Shown here: positions 36,216 through 44,240 of the stretch, piece by piece
Position numbering within the stretch: the first letter of the stretch is position 1
How the letters are laid out: the number at the start of each line of letters is the position of its first letter
NCBI GenBank assembly: GCA_005883625.1
Contig: VBDU01000034.1
Span: 4,160 to 68,159, forward strand
Length of the DNA: 64,000 nt
Reading direction: 5' to 3'
Source of the DNA: Chloroflexota bacterium
GTDB lineage: Bacteria; Chloroflexota; Limnocylindria; P2-11E
Translations under genes and position numbers: made by a program
Notes under the pieces: generated by a model
Told to the model about the DNA's origin: nothing
Databases searched by the model: none
What the model saw: only the letters and a program-made list of their open reading frames with translations

Positions 36216-37184
36216 ATGCGGCGCTCCGTTCCGTTGCTCCTCGCGCTGATCCTCGCCGTCGCGCCGCAGACCGCCGTTGCCGAGGAGCCCGCCGCGATCC
36301 ACACGCTCCTCGACCTCTCGTTCGCGGCGTGCCACAACCCGAGGGCGCTCGCCGTCGGCTCGACCGGCTGGATCTACGCCGCCGGACTCTCGGGCAACGT
36401 CTGCGGGATCGCCCCGTGGGGCCAGCTCATGGGGGTCATCCCGGTACCGCCGGGGCCGGCGGGCGTGACGAACGTCTTCGGCGCGCTCTACGAGTCCCGC
36501 TCGGCGCTCTACCTGACGGACATGGCCGACTATGGCGCGTCGCACGCGGGCCGCGTGCTCGTGGTGAGCCCGCGCACCGGCGTCGTCCGCACGCTCACGG
36601 GCGGCCTCGATGGGCCGAACGGCATCGCGCAGGACCGCGATCGGATGCTGTTCGTCGCCGATTCGTTCGCCGGCATGATCTACAAGGTCAATCCGGACAC
36701 CGGCCAGCGAGCCCTCTGGACCCGCGACCCGCGCCTCGCGACCGGCGGCTTTCCACCGCTCGGGGCGAGCGGGCTCGCGTTCGACCCGAGCGGGGCCTAC
36801 CTGTACGTCGCGAACCCGGGTGACAGCGCGATCCTCCGGATCGGGATGCGACCGAACGGCAGCCCGGGCGACGTCGAAGTCTTCGCGCGCGGCGCGACCG
36901 ACGCCGATCCCGAGCTCCTTCGCGGCGCGGACGGCCTCGCGTTCGACGTGACCGGGCAGCTCTGGGTCGCCGCGGACCAGGCGAACGAGATCCAGGTGCT
37001 CTCGCCCGCCGGCGCGCTCGTCGCGCGGTACGCGAAGGCGGACGGGGACGCGCTGGACTTCCCTGCGGGTCTCGCCTTCTTCGGGCGTCGGCTGTACGTG
37101 ACGAGCTTCGCCTTCACCGCGCCGGGGGCCGGGAAGGTGTCGGTCCTCGACACGCCATATCGCGGAGCACGCGTCCGCCGCTAG
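36216..37184 (+). CDS. Second secreted SMP-30/gluconolactonase-like beta-propeller; tandem paralogue of the previous gene.
   Basis: ~45% identical blade motifs (LYLTDMADYG, LFVADSFAGMIYKV, LYVANPGDSAILRI, ADGLAFDVTGQLWVAADQANEIQVLSP, which is identical to the paralogue over ANEIQVLSP). Confidence 0.7.
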   Translation: MRRSVPLLLALILAVAPQTAVAEEPAAIHTLLDLSFAACHNPRALAVGSTGWIYAAGLSGNVCGIAPWGQLMGVIPVPPGPAGVTNVFGALYESRSALYLTDMADYGASHAGRVLVVSPRTGVVRTLTGGLDGPNGIAQDRDRMLFVADSFAGMIYKVNPDTGQRALWTRDPRLATGGFPPLGASGLAFDPSGAYLYVANPGDSAILRIGMRPNGSPGDVEVFARGATDADPELLRGADGLAFDVTGQLWVAADQANEIQVLSPAGALVARYAKADGDALDFPAGLAFFGRRLYVTSFAFTAPGAGKVSVLDTPYRGARVRR

Positions 37185-38903
37185 TCAGCGCTCCCGGCGC
37201 AGGTATTCGAGGATCTCTGCCATGACGCGGCAGTCGACCTCGTTGTAGCGCGCGATCTCGCTCATGATCGGCGACTCGCGCAGGCCGCGGCCTCGGGCGC
37301 GCGACTCCGCCGCCGCGGCCCACGCGCCCGCCATCGCCCCGGCGCCATCGGCCAGGCCCTCGCCCCATTCCGTCTCGATGAGCCCGGCCGCGTGCATCGC
37401 GCGGGCGACCTGCTTGAGCGAGAAGGAGAAGGCGCCTCGCACCACGACCGGTTCCGCCCGGAACACGCGGTTCAGGAGGTCGTACCACTGGAGCGGGGGC
37501 CAGTGGCGGTCGGGATGGAGGTGGGCGAGCCAGCCATCGACCATCGCGCCCTCGGCCGCGACCGTCAGGGCCTCGACGGTGAACTGGCTGAACCGCCACT
37601 CGCGATCGCGATAGGTGCCGCAGCCGATCTGGAAGATGAGCGGCTGCCCGCCCTTTCGCGGGAATGCCTGGAAGTCGTCGTCCATGTCGTGGGCGAATTC
37701 GAAGTCCACGAACGCTTCCCCGGCCGCGACCGTACGCCATGCGCCGCCGTCGGCCGTGACGCGCGCCGGCCGGACGATCTCGCCCGTGTCCCGATTGACG
37801 GAGATGATCGCGTCGAGCGACGCGGCGTACGCGCCGTCGATCGCGAAGAAGCCCGCGCTCGTGCGGCCGTCGTCCCACCTCGTCACGCCTCGCGCGTGCG
37901 CGGCCGCGCGCAGCTCCGCGTTCACCCGCGGGAGGATCGTGAGGTCGCCGAGCTGCGCGGCGATCTGCGCCTTCGCGTGGTGCCAGGGAAAATCCCCCTC
38001 CGCCTTCATGTTCGGCCAGAGCTCTGGCACCGAAGGGACCGGCAGGACGCGCCACTCCGCGCCCTCCGTGCGGACGCGGCGGATCCAGGCGAGCCCGTCG
38101 GCGACGATGTCGCCGAGGTCCTGGTCGCGCGAGCGCACGAACGCGTCGCGTCCGACGCGCGCCAGGCGCTCCCAGCAGCGGTCGCCGCGGTCCGGTCCCT
38201 GCCGCCACCCTCGGCCGGCGACGTACGCGGCGGGCGGCGTGTAGCGCTGGATCCGACCGAGGGCCTGGTTGTAGATCCAGGCCTGCGCCATGTCGTCGAG
38301 ATCCTTCGCGCCGAGCCCCCCGTCCTTGAGGAGCGCGAGCGTCGAGAACTTGAGGTCGATGACGCGGTAGTGACGGCCATGGGCGAACGCCGAGATCGGC
38401 AGCTCGAGCTGGTCGCCGGCGAGCGCCCCCGGGCAGAGCTCGCCGAGCACGTCCGAGCGCAGCAAGAGGTCGGCGACGCCGTAGGTCCGTGCCTGCGGGT
38501 CGCGGAGGACGGCGGCCGCGATGACGGGGGCGCCCGCGGCCATCGCGTCGAGCGTCGCCTCGGCCGCGGCGAGCGAGCGCGCCTGATCCGGCCGCTCGGC
38601 GATCCGCGCGATCGGCCAGCGTGTCCCGAGGTCGGCGAGGACCGCCCGCTCGAACTCGCGGCCTTTCTGCATGAGGAAGCGGGGAAGATCGAAGGCGCGC
38701 TGGTAACCGGGCTGCTGATCGTCGCGACGGAACCCGTGCTGCTCGCCGTACTCGGCGAGCCAGTCCACGACCAGGTCGCCCGAGCACCAGCTCCGCAGCG
38801 CGCCGGCCGGCACCCAGTCGAGCCAGTCCGCGTCGCTCGCGGGGTCGCAGATCGTTCCATCGTCGCGCCGCGTGATCGCCTCGCGGCCGAGCGTCCCGCT
38901 CAC
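37185..38903 (-). CDS. TM0106-family predicted nuclease: N-terminal PD-(D/E)xK (RecB/Cas4-like) domain plus C-terminal RNase-H-like (DEDDy-type, RNase_H_2) domain.
   Basis: The N-terminal half carries ADLLLRSD ... YRVIDLKFS (D...DxK). The C-terminal half carries FVDFEFAHDMDDDF ... LIFQIGCG ... YNEVDCRVMAEILEYL (exo I/III-like motifs). The start overlaps the HAD gene stop by 4 nt. Confidence 0.6.
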   Translation of the reverse strand: MSGTLGREAITRRDDGTICDPASDADWLDWVPAGALRSWCSGDLVVDWLAEYGEQHGFRRDDQQPGYQRAFDLPRFLMQKGREFERAVLADLGTRWPIARIAERPDQARSLAAAEATLDAMAAGAPVIAAAVLRDPQARTYGVADLLLRSDVLGELCPGALAGDQLELPISAFAHGRHYRVIDLKFSTLALLKDGGLGAKDLDDMAQAWIYNQALGRIQRYTPPAAYVAGRGWRQGPDRGDRCWERLARVGRDAFVRSRDQDLGDIVADGLAWIRRVRTEGAEWRVLPVPSVPELWPNMKAEGDFPWHHAKAQIAAQLGDLTILPRVNAELRAAAHARGVTRWDDGRTSAGFFAIDGAYAASLDAIISVNRDTGEIVRPARVTADGGAWRTVAAGEAFVDFEFAHDMDDDFQAFPRKGGQPLIFQIGCGTYRDREWRFSQFTVEALTVAAEGAMVDGWLAHLHPDRHWPPLQWYDLLNRVFRAEPVVVRGAFSFSLKQVARAMHAAGLIETEWGEGLADGAGAMAGAWAAAAESRARGRGLRESPIMSEIARYNEVDCRVMAEILEYLRRER

Positions 38904-39508
38904 GCGCCCACGACTTCGAGCAGCGCGCGGAAGTCGGGCTCCTCGCGGTCCGCCCTCGCGTCGGCGGGCGCGGGAGCGCCGCCGCGATTGGCCCAGTACA
39001 CCGGCATGCCCAGCCGTGCGGCGCCGCCGACGTCGTGTGCCGAGCCGGCCACGAAGAGGACCTCCGACGGGTCCAGACCGAGCCGGTCGAGCGCGGCGCG
39101 GTAGGGGCGCGGATCCGGCTTGTATGCGCCCGCCTCCTCCGCCGTCATCACGAGGTCGAAGCGGCCGGCCCTTGACGCCGCGAGCGTGCCAAGGCGGCGC
39201 GAGCAGTTGGTGACGATGAAGCGGGTTGTCCGATCGAGCTTCTCCAGCACCGGCGGCACGTCCGGCCAGGGCGCCGACTCGCCCCAGCGGCGCAGGAGTG
39301 TCTCCGCGCGCTCGGAGCTGATGCCCACGTCGCGCGCCGAGTCGCGTACGACGTCCTCGAACGGCCGGTACGCCTTGCCGCGGAGACGCTCCTGCGACGC
39401 GCCGTGCCAGCGCATCCCGAGGTCGCGACCGCCCGCGACGTCAGACCAGACGGACCAGCTGTCGAGCAGCGCGGTGAGCAGGTCGAAACCGACGGCGGCG
39501 AAAGGCAC
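38900..39508 (-). CDS. HAD-superfamily hydrolase (subfamily IA / haloacid-dehalogenase-like).
   Basis: AVGFDLLTALLDS is motif I (DxL variant). The C-terminal half carries motif III (VGDSAHD-like FVAGSAHDVGGA). Confidence 0.7.
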   Translation of the reverse strand: MPFAAVGFDLLTALLDSWSVWSDVAGGRDLGMRWHGASQERLRGKAYRPFEDVVRDSARDVGISSERAETLLRRWGESAPWPDVPPVLEKLDRTTRFIVTNCSRRLGTLAASRAGRFDLVMTAEEAGAYKPDPRPYRAALDRLGLDPSEVLFVAGSAHDVGGAARLGMPVYWANRGGAPAPADARADREEPDFRALLEVVGA

Positions 39509-39563
39509 GCGCGTAAGGGTAATCAGCGCCTAGACTCGCGCGCGCGTCAGGGGAGGTTCAGCC

Positions 39564-39860
39564 GTGCCGCGGTACATCTCGCTCATGAGCTTCACCGATC
39601 AGGGCATCAAGTCGATCAAGGACTGGGACAAGCGGATCGCCGCCACCCGCGAGCGTCTCGCGAAGTCCGGAGGCGCGCTCGTCGAGGTCTACCTCACGCT
39701 CGGGCCGTACGACGCGGTCGCCATCACGGAGGCGCCGACCGACGATGCGGCGCTCCGCACGGCGCTCGAGAGCGGCCTCGTCGGCAACGGCCGAACCCAG
39801 ACGATGCGCGCGTTCGACGAGTCCGAGGCCGCGCGCGTCATCAAGACGATCGGCGGGTAG
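39564..39860 (+). CDS. GYD-domain protein.
   Basis: 98 aa. The pattern PRYISLMSFTDQGIKSIKD...TLGPYDAVAITEAPDD matches GYD. GGGGAGG precedes the GTG. Confidence 0.7.
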   Translation: MPRYISLMSFTDQGIKSIKDWDKRIAATRERLAKSGGALVEVYLTLGPYDAVAITEAPTDDAALRTALESGLVGNGRTQTMRAFDESEAARVIKTIGG

Positions 39861-39866
39861 ACCCCC

Positions 39867-40835
39867 GTGCGCTCGAGCGCGACCGGGATCGCGATCGACT
39901 CGGTACGCGCAGCCCGCGAGCGCATCGCCGGCGTCGCGGTCCGCACGCCGCTCATGCGCCTGCCGGTCGACTCTCCGGCCGAGGTCTGGCTCAAGCTCGA
40001 GAACCTCCAGCCGATCGGCTCGTTCAAGATCCGCGGCGCGGCGAACCGTCTGCTCCAGGCCGGGCCGGGCGAGCTCGCGAAGGGGGTCTGGACGGCGAGC
40101 GCCGGGAACATGGCCCAAGGCGTCGCCTACATGGCCCGCCGGCTCGGCATCCCGTGCAGCGTCGTCGTCCCGGACACGGCGCCGGCGACGAAGCGTGCGG
40201 CGATCGAGCGGCTGGGCGGCCGGCTCGTGCCGGTGCCACACGACGAATGGTTCGAGGTCTTCCGCACCCGTCGCTACGAGGGCCTCGACGGCGTCTTCGT
40301 GCACGCGTTCAGCGACGCCGAGGTCATGGCGGGAAACGGCACGATCGGCCTCGAGATCCTCGAAGACCTGCCGGAGGCCGACGCGATCGTCGTCCCGTTC
40401 GGCGGCGGCGGGCTTTCCTGCGGGATCGCCTCGGCCGTGCGGGCGATCGCGCCCGGCGTCCGCGTGTACGCGGCCGAGGTCGCGACCGCCGCGCCGCTCG
40501 CGCCCTCGCTCGAGGCCGGCAGACCGACCACGGTCACGCGGACGCCGAGCTTCGTGGACGGCATCGGCGCCGCCTTCGTGTTCCCCGAGATGTTCGCCCT
40601 CGCGCGCGAGCTACTCGCGGGATCGCTCGTCGCGTCTCTGGACGAAGTCGCCGGCGCGGTCCGGATCCTCGCCGAGCGCGCGCGCATCGTGGCCGAGGGC
40701 GCCGGGGCCGCGCCGGTCGCCGCGGCGCTCGCGGGGAAGGCCGGCGGGCGCACGGTCGTGTGCGTCGTCTCCGGCGGGAACATCGACTCGCCCGTGCTCG
40801 CGGCGATCCTCGAGGGGCGAACGCCCCGGTCCTAA
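39867..40835 (+). CDS. Threonine/serine dehydratase (PLP fold-type II, catabolic-type without the ACT domain).
   Basis: The PLP lysine is in LQPIGSFKIRGA. GNMAQG and the glycine loop PFGGGGLSCG are present. Confidence 0.8.
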   Translation: MRSSATGIAIDSVRAARERIAGVAVRTPLMRLPVDSPAEVWLKLENLQPIGSFKIRGAANRLLQAGPGELAKGVWTASAGNMAQGVAYMARRLGIPCSVVVPDTAPATKRAAIERLGGRLVPVPHDEWFEVFRTRRYEGLDGVFVHAFSDAEVMAGNGTIGLEILEDLPEADAIVVPFGGGGLSCGIASAVRAIAPGVRVYAAEVATAAPLAPSLEAGRPTTVTRTPSFVDGIGAAFVFPEMFALARELLAGSLVASLDEVAGAVRILAERARIVAEGAGAAPVAAALAGKAGGRTVVCVVSGGNIDSPVLAAILEGRTPRS

Positions 40836-41704
40836 TCGCCGAGGCGTGGGTCGAGGACGTCGCGGAGCCCGTCCCCGACGAGGTTCACCCCGAGGACGGC
40901 CGTGGCGATGAGCACCCCCGGGAACACCACGATCCACCAGGCGCTCCCGATGTAGTCGCGGCCGGTCGCCATGATCGCGCCCCACTCGGGCTGCGGGATC
41001 GGCACGCCGAGGCCGATGAACGACAGGCCGCTGCCGGCCAGGAGCGCGCCGCCGAACCGCGTCGCCGACAGGATGATCACCGGCGCGACGACGTTCGGCA
41101 GGATGTGCCGCAGCATGACGCGGCTCGCCCGTGCGCCGATCGCGCGCGCCGCCTCGACGTACTCGCGCTGGCCGGCCGAAAGGACCGAGCCGCGCACGAG
41201 GCGCGCGTACCCAGGCCAGCCGAAAAGGCCGAGCGCGACGATGAGGTTGTCGAGGCTCGGCCCGAGGACGGCGATGATCGCGATCGCGAAGAGCTCGCCC
41301 GGGAACGCGAGCACGACCTCGAGCAGGCGCGAGATGAGGTTGTCGACCCAGCCGCGGTAGTAGCCGGCGACGAGTCCGAGCGCGACGCCGCCGGTCGCCG
41401 CGACGAGCACCGACAGCGTGCCCAGACGCACCGCGAGGCGGGATCCCCAGACGACGCGGCTGAAGAGGTCGCGACCGAAGTCGTCCGTCCCGAACAGGTG
41501 CGCCGCCGACGGCGGCTGGAGACGCTCGCTCACCTGGATCGCGATCGGGTCCGCCGGCGCGATGAGCGGCGCGAACGCGGCCATGAGGAGCAGCGCGCCG
41601 AACAGGACGAGCCCCACGACGAGCGGCGGCGAGCGCCGGACGCGGCGCAGGAGCGGCGTGACGCGGCGGCGCCGGGCCGCGGCGGCGAGGACGGCGCTAG
41701 CCAT
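40832..41704 (-). CDS. ABC transporter permease (DppC/OppC family).
   Basis: Six TMS plus an EAA-like loop (YVEAARAIGARASRVMLRHILPN). Confidence 0.85.
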   Translation of the reverse strand: MASAVLAAAARRRRVTPLLRRVRRSPPLVVGLVLFGALLLMAAFAPLIAPADPIAIQVSERLQPPSAAHLFGTDDFGRDLFSRVVWGSRLAVRLGTLSVLVAATGGVALGLVAGYYRGWVDNLISRLLEVVLAFPGELFAIAIIAVLGPSLDNLIVALGLFGWPGYARLVRGSVLSAGQREYVEAARAIGARASRVMLRHILPNVVAPVIILSATRFGGALLAGSGLSFIGLGVPIPQPEWGAIMATGRDYIGSAWWIVVFPGVLIATAVLGVNLVGDGLRDVLDPRLGD

Positions 41705-42617
41705 AGCGGATTCGCGGGTCGAGCCAGGCGTAAAGGACGTCGACCACGAGGTTCGACAGCAGGTACGCGACCGCGACGAGGAGGACCGTCCCCTGCACCA
41801 GCGGGAAGTCGCGGTTGAAGATCGCCTGGACCGCCAGGCGCCCCACGCCGGGCCAGCCGAAGATGTTCTCGATGATGAACGCGCCGCCGAGCAGGGCGCC
41901 GAATTGGAGTCCGACGATCGTCGTCACCGGGATGAGCGCGTTCTTGAGCGCGTGCCGGAGGATGACGAGCCGCTCGCGCAGTCCCTTCGCGCGCGCCGTC
42001 CGCAGGTACTCCTGCCCGAGGACCTCGAGCATGCTCGAGCGCGTGATGCGCGCTTTCACCGCGGCCGAATGCAGGCTCAGCGCGACGATCGGCAGGATGT
42101 AGCTCTGCCAGGTGCGCGCGCCCGTCACCGGCAGCCAGTGGAGCGCGAGGGAGAACACGATGATGCCGACGATCGCGAGGAGGAACGTCGGCACCGAGAG
42201 CCCGACGATCGCGATGCCCATGGTGACGTGATCGCCGGCGCGTCCGCGGTTGATCGCCGCAAGGATGCCGAGACCTACGCCGACGACGGTCGAGAGCGTG
42301 ACCGCGCCGAGCGCGAGAGCGAGCGTGTAGGGAAAACGCTCCGCGATCTCGAGGAGCACCTCACGGTGCGTGCGAGTCGACTCGCCGAGGCTGCCGTGCG
42401 CGAGGCGCTCGACGAAGCGGAGGTACTGCACCGGAAGCGGCTGGTCGAGCCCGAGCTCGTGGCGGATGCGCTCGACCTGGTCGGCCGACGCCGTGTCTCC
42501 CGCGAGCACCGTCGCGGGATCGCCGGGGACGAGCTCGATCATGAGGAAGACCGCGACCGATACGCCGAGCAGGACCGGTAGCGCCAGGACGAGACGCCGC
42601 AGGACGTAGCGGCCCAC
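41697..42617 (-). CDS. ABC transporter permease (DppB/OppB family).
   Basis: LRTARAKGLRERLVILRHALKNALIP is an EAA motif. It overlaps the DppC-like gene by 8 nt. Confidence 0.85.
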   Translation of the reverse strand: MGRYVLRRLVLALPVLLGVSVAVFLMIELVPGDPATVLAGDTASADQVERIRHELGLDQPLPVQYLRFVERLAHGSLGESTRTHREVLLEIAERFPYTLALALGAVTLSTVVGVGLGILAAINRGRAGDHVTMGIAIVGLSVPTFLLAIVGIIVFSLALHWLPVTGARTWQSYILPIVALSLHSAAVKARITRSSMLEVLGQEYLRTARAKGLRERLVILRHALKNALIPVTTIVGLQFGALLGGAFIIENIFGWPGVGRLAVQAIFNRDFPLVQGTVLLVAVAYLLSNLVVDVLYAWLDPRIRYG

Positions 42618-42629
42618 GAGCTCAGCCCG

Positions 42630-44228
42630 CTACTGCTTCACCCATGCGTCGTGCCAGTAGAGGCCGCCGGCCTGTCCCTGCTTCAGGTCCTGGATCTTCA
42701 CGTTGATCGCGGTCTTCGACACGGGCATGTAGAGCGGTTGCCAGGGCGCCTCCTGCATCGTCAGCTTCTGCGCGTCGAAATAGATCTTCATGCGCTTGCC
42801 CTGATCGAGCTCGGTGCGGCCGGCGCGGATGAGCGCCTCGAGCTCCGGGTTGCAGTAGAGGACGCGATTGGAGCTCGCGATCCGATCGCACGAGAGGAAG
42901 AGGCTGAACATGTCCGGCTCGTTCCACGAGTAGCCGTTGAGGTAGAGGTCGTGCTCGGCCTTCGGCGTCGCCGCGAGGAGCGCGCCGGCCTCGAGCTGCT
43001 TGATCTGCAGATCGACGCCCACGGCCTTGAACTGCGCTTGCAAGAGCGTCGAGATCTTTCCGTGCGTGTCCGAGGTGCTCGTGTAAAGCACCGGCTTGAA
43101 GGGCTTGCCGTCGGGCGTGGCGCGGAGCCCGTCCGCTCCGGCTTTGTAGCCGAGCTCGTCGAGACCAGCCTTGGCCTTCGCGACGTCGTAGCCGAGCTCG
43201 AAGTCCTTGAGCTTGGGGTCGTACCCCTGGATCGATTCGGCGATCGGACAGCACGACACCTTCGCGAGCTTGTTCTCGAAGACGACCTGCACGATCTCGC
43301 TCTTGTTCACGGCGCGCGAGAGCGCCTGGCGGAGCTTCGCGTTGTCGAACGGCGGGCGCTTCGCGTCGAAGCCGAGGTAGGTGAGGCCGTACGTGAAGCT
43401 GTCGTAGATCTTGAAGCGGCCGTCCGCCGAGTACCTCGCGAGGTCCTTCGCCGCGAGGCCGAGGACGTCCACCTCGCCGGCGTCGAGCGCGGCGAGCTGC
43501 GTGGCCGGCTCCGGGATCACGCGGTAGCGCAGCTCCTGGATGTAGGGCGCGCCGCGGTTGGCGAAGAGCGCCGGCGGCCATTTGTAGTCGGCGTTGCGCT
43601 CGAGCGTGATCTGCTGGCCGGTCTGGAACTCCTTGAGCTTGTACGGCCCGGTGCCGACAGCGGCGCGTCCGATGTTGTCGTTCGCCGCTTTCACCGCCGA
43701 CGGGGACAGGATCCCGGCGTACGCCGTCTGGAGGTCGTGGAAGATCGGCGCGGACGGCTCCTTCATGTTGAGGACGAAGGTCGTTTCGTCCTTCGCCTCC
43801 GCGCTTGCGATGTTCTTGAACGTCTCGAAGATGGGCGACTTCGCGCCGACGCGCACCAGGCGCTCGAAGGTGAACTTCACGGCCTCCGCGTTGAAGGGCG
43901 AGCCGTCGGTGAACGTCACGCCCTTACGGAGCTTGAACGTGATCGCCCGGTTGTCCGAGCTGACGGCCCAGCTTTCCGCGAGGAGGCCCTTGTACGTGTT
44001 GTCGAGGTCCTGGTAGATGAGCGGCTCGTAGATCCACCCGAAGATCGTCGACGAGACCGGGTTCGAGGTCTGATGCAGGTCGAGCGTGTCGGGATCCGTG
44101 GTCGCGACGAAGGTCACAGAGCCGCCGACCTTGCTCGCGGGCGTTCCGCCTTGGCCCGTGGGTGCCGGCGCGGCGCATGCGGCGGCGGCCAGCAGCAGCG
44201 CGGGAGCGAGACGCACGATCCTGTTCAT
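42630..44228 (-). CDS. ABC transporter substrate-binding lipoprotein, family 5 (peptide/nickel).
   Basis: Lipobox LLAAAACAA. 532 aa with SBP_bac_5-like architecture. Confidence 0.8.
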   Translation of the reverse strand: MNRIVRLAPALLLAAAACAAPAPTGQGGTPASKVGGSVTFVATTDPDTLDLHQTSNPVSSTIFGWIYEPLIYQDLDNTYKGLLAESWAVSSDNRAITFKLRKGVTFTDGSPFNAEAVKFTFERLVRVGAKSPIFETFKNIASAEAKDETTFVLNMKEPSAPIFHDLQTAYAGILSPSAVKAANDNIGRAAVGTGPYKLKEFQTGQQITLERNADYKWPPALFANRGAPYIQELRYRVIPEPATQLAALDAGEVDVLGLAAKDLARYSADGRFKIYDSFTYGLTYLGFDAKRPPFDNAKLRQALSRAVNKSEIVQVVFENKLAKVSCCPIAESIQGYDPKLKDFELGYDVAKAKAGLDELGYKAGADGLRATPDGKPFKPVLYTSTSDTHGKISTLLQAQFKAVGVDLQIKQLEAGALLAATPKAEHDLYLNGYSWNEPDMFSLFLSCDRIASSNRVLYCNPELEALIRAGRTELDQGKRMKIYFDAQKLTMQEAPWQPLYMPVSKTAINVKIQDLKQGQAGGLYWHDAWVKQ

Positions 44229-44240
44229 CGCGACCTCCGT

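Noticed and set aside
35351-36337. 328-aa minus-strand ORF and similar long antisense ORFs (9142-9930, 11551-12663, 12814-14127, 23446-24093, 48994-50418, 50393-51547, 53818-55245, 55215-56393, 56574-58061, 37392-39104)
   Set aside because: All are antisense to genes with clear family motifs and show Arg/Asp/Glu- or Arg/Ser-biased low-complexity translations.
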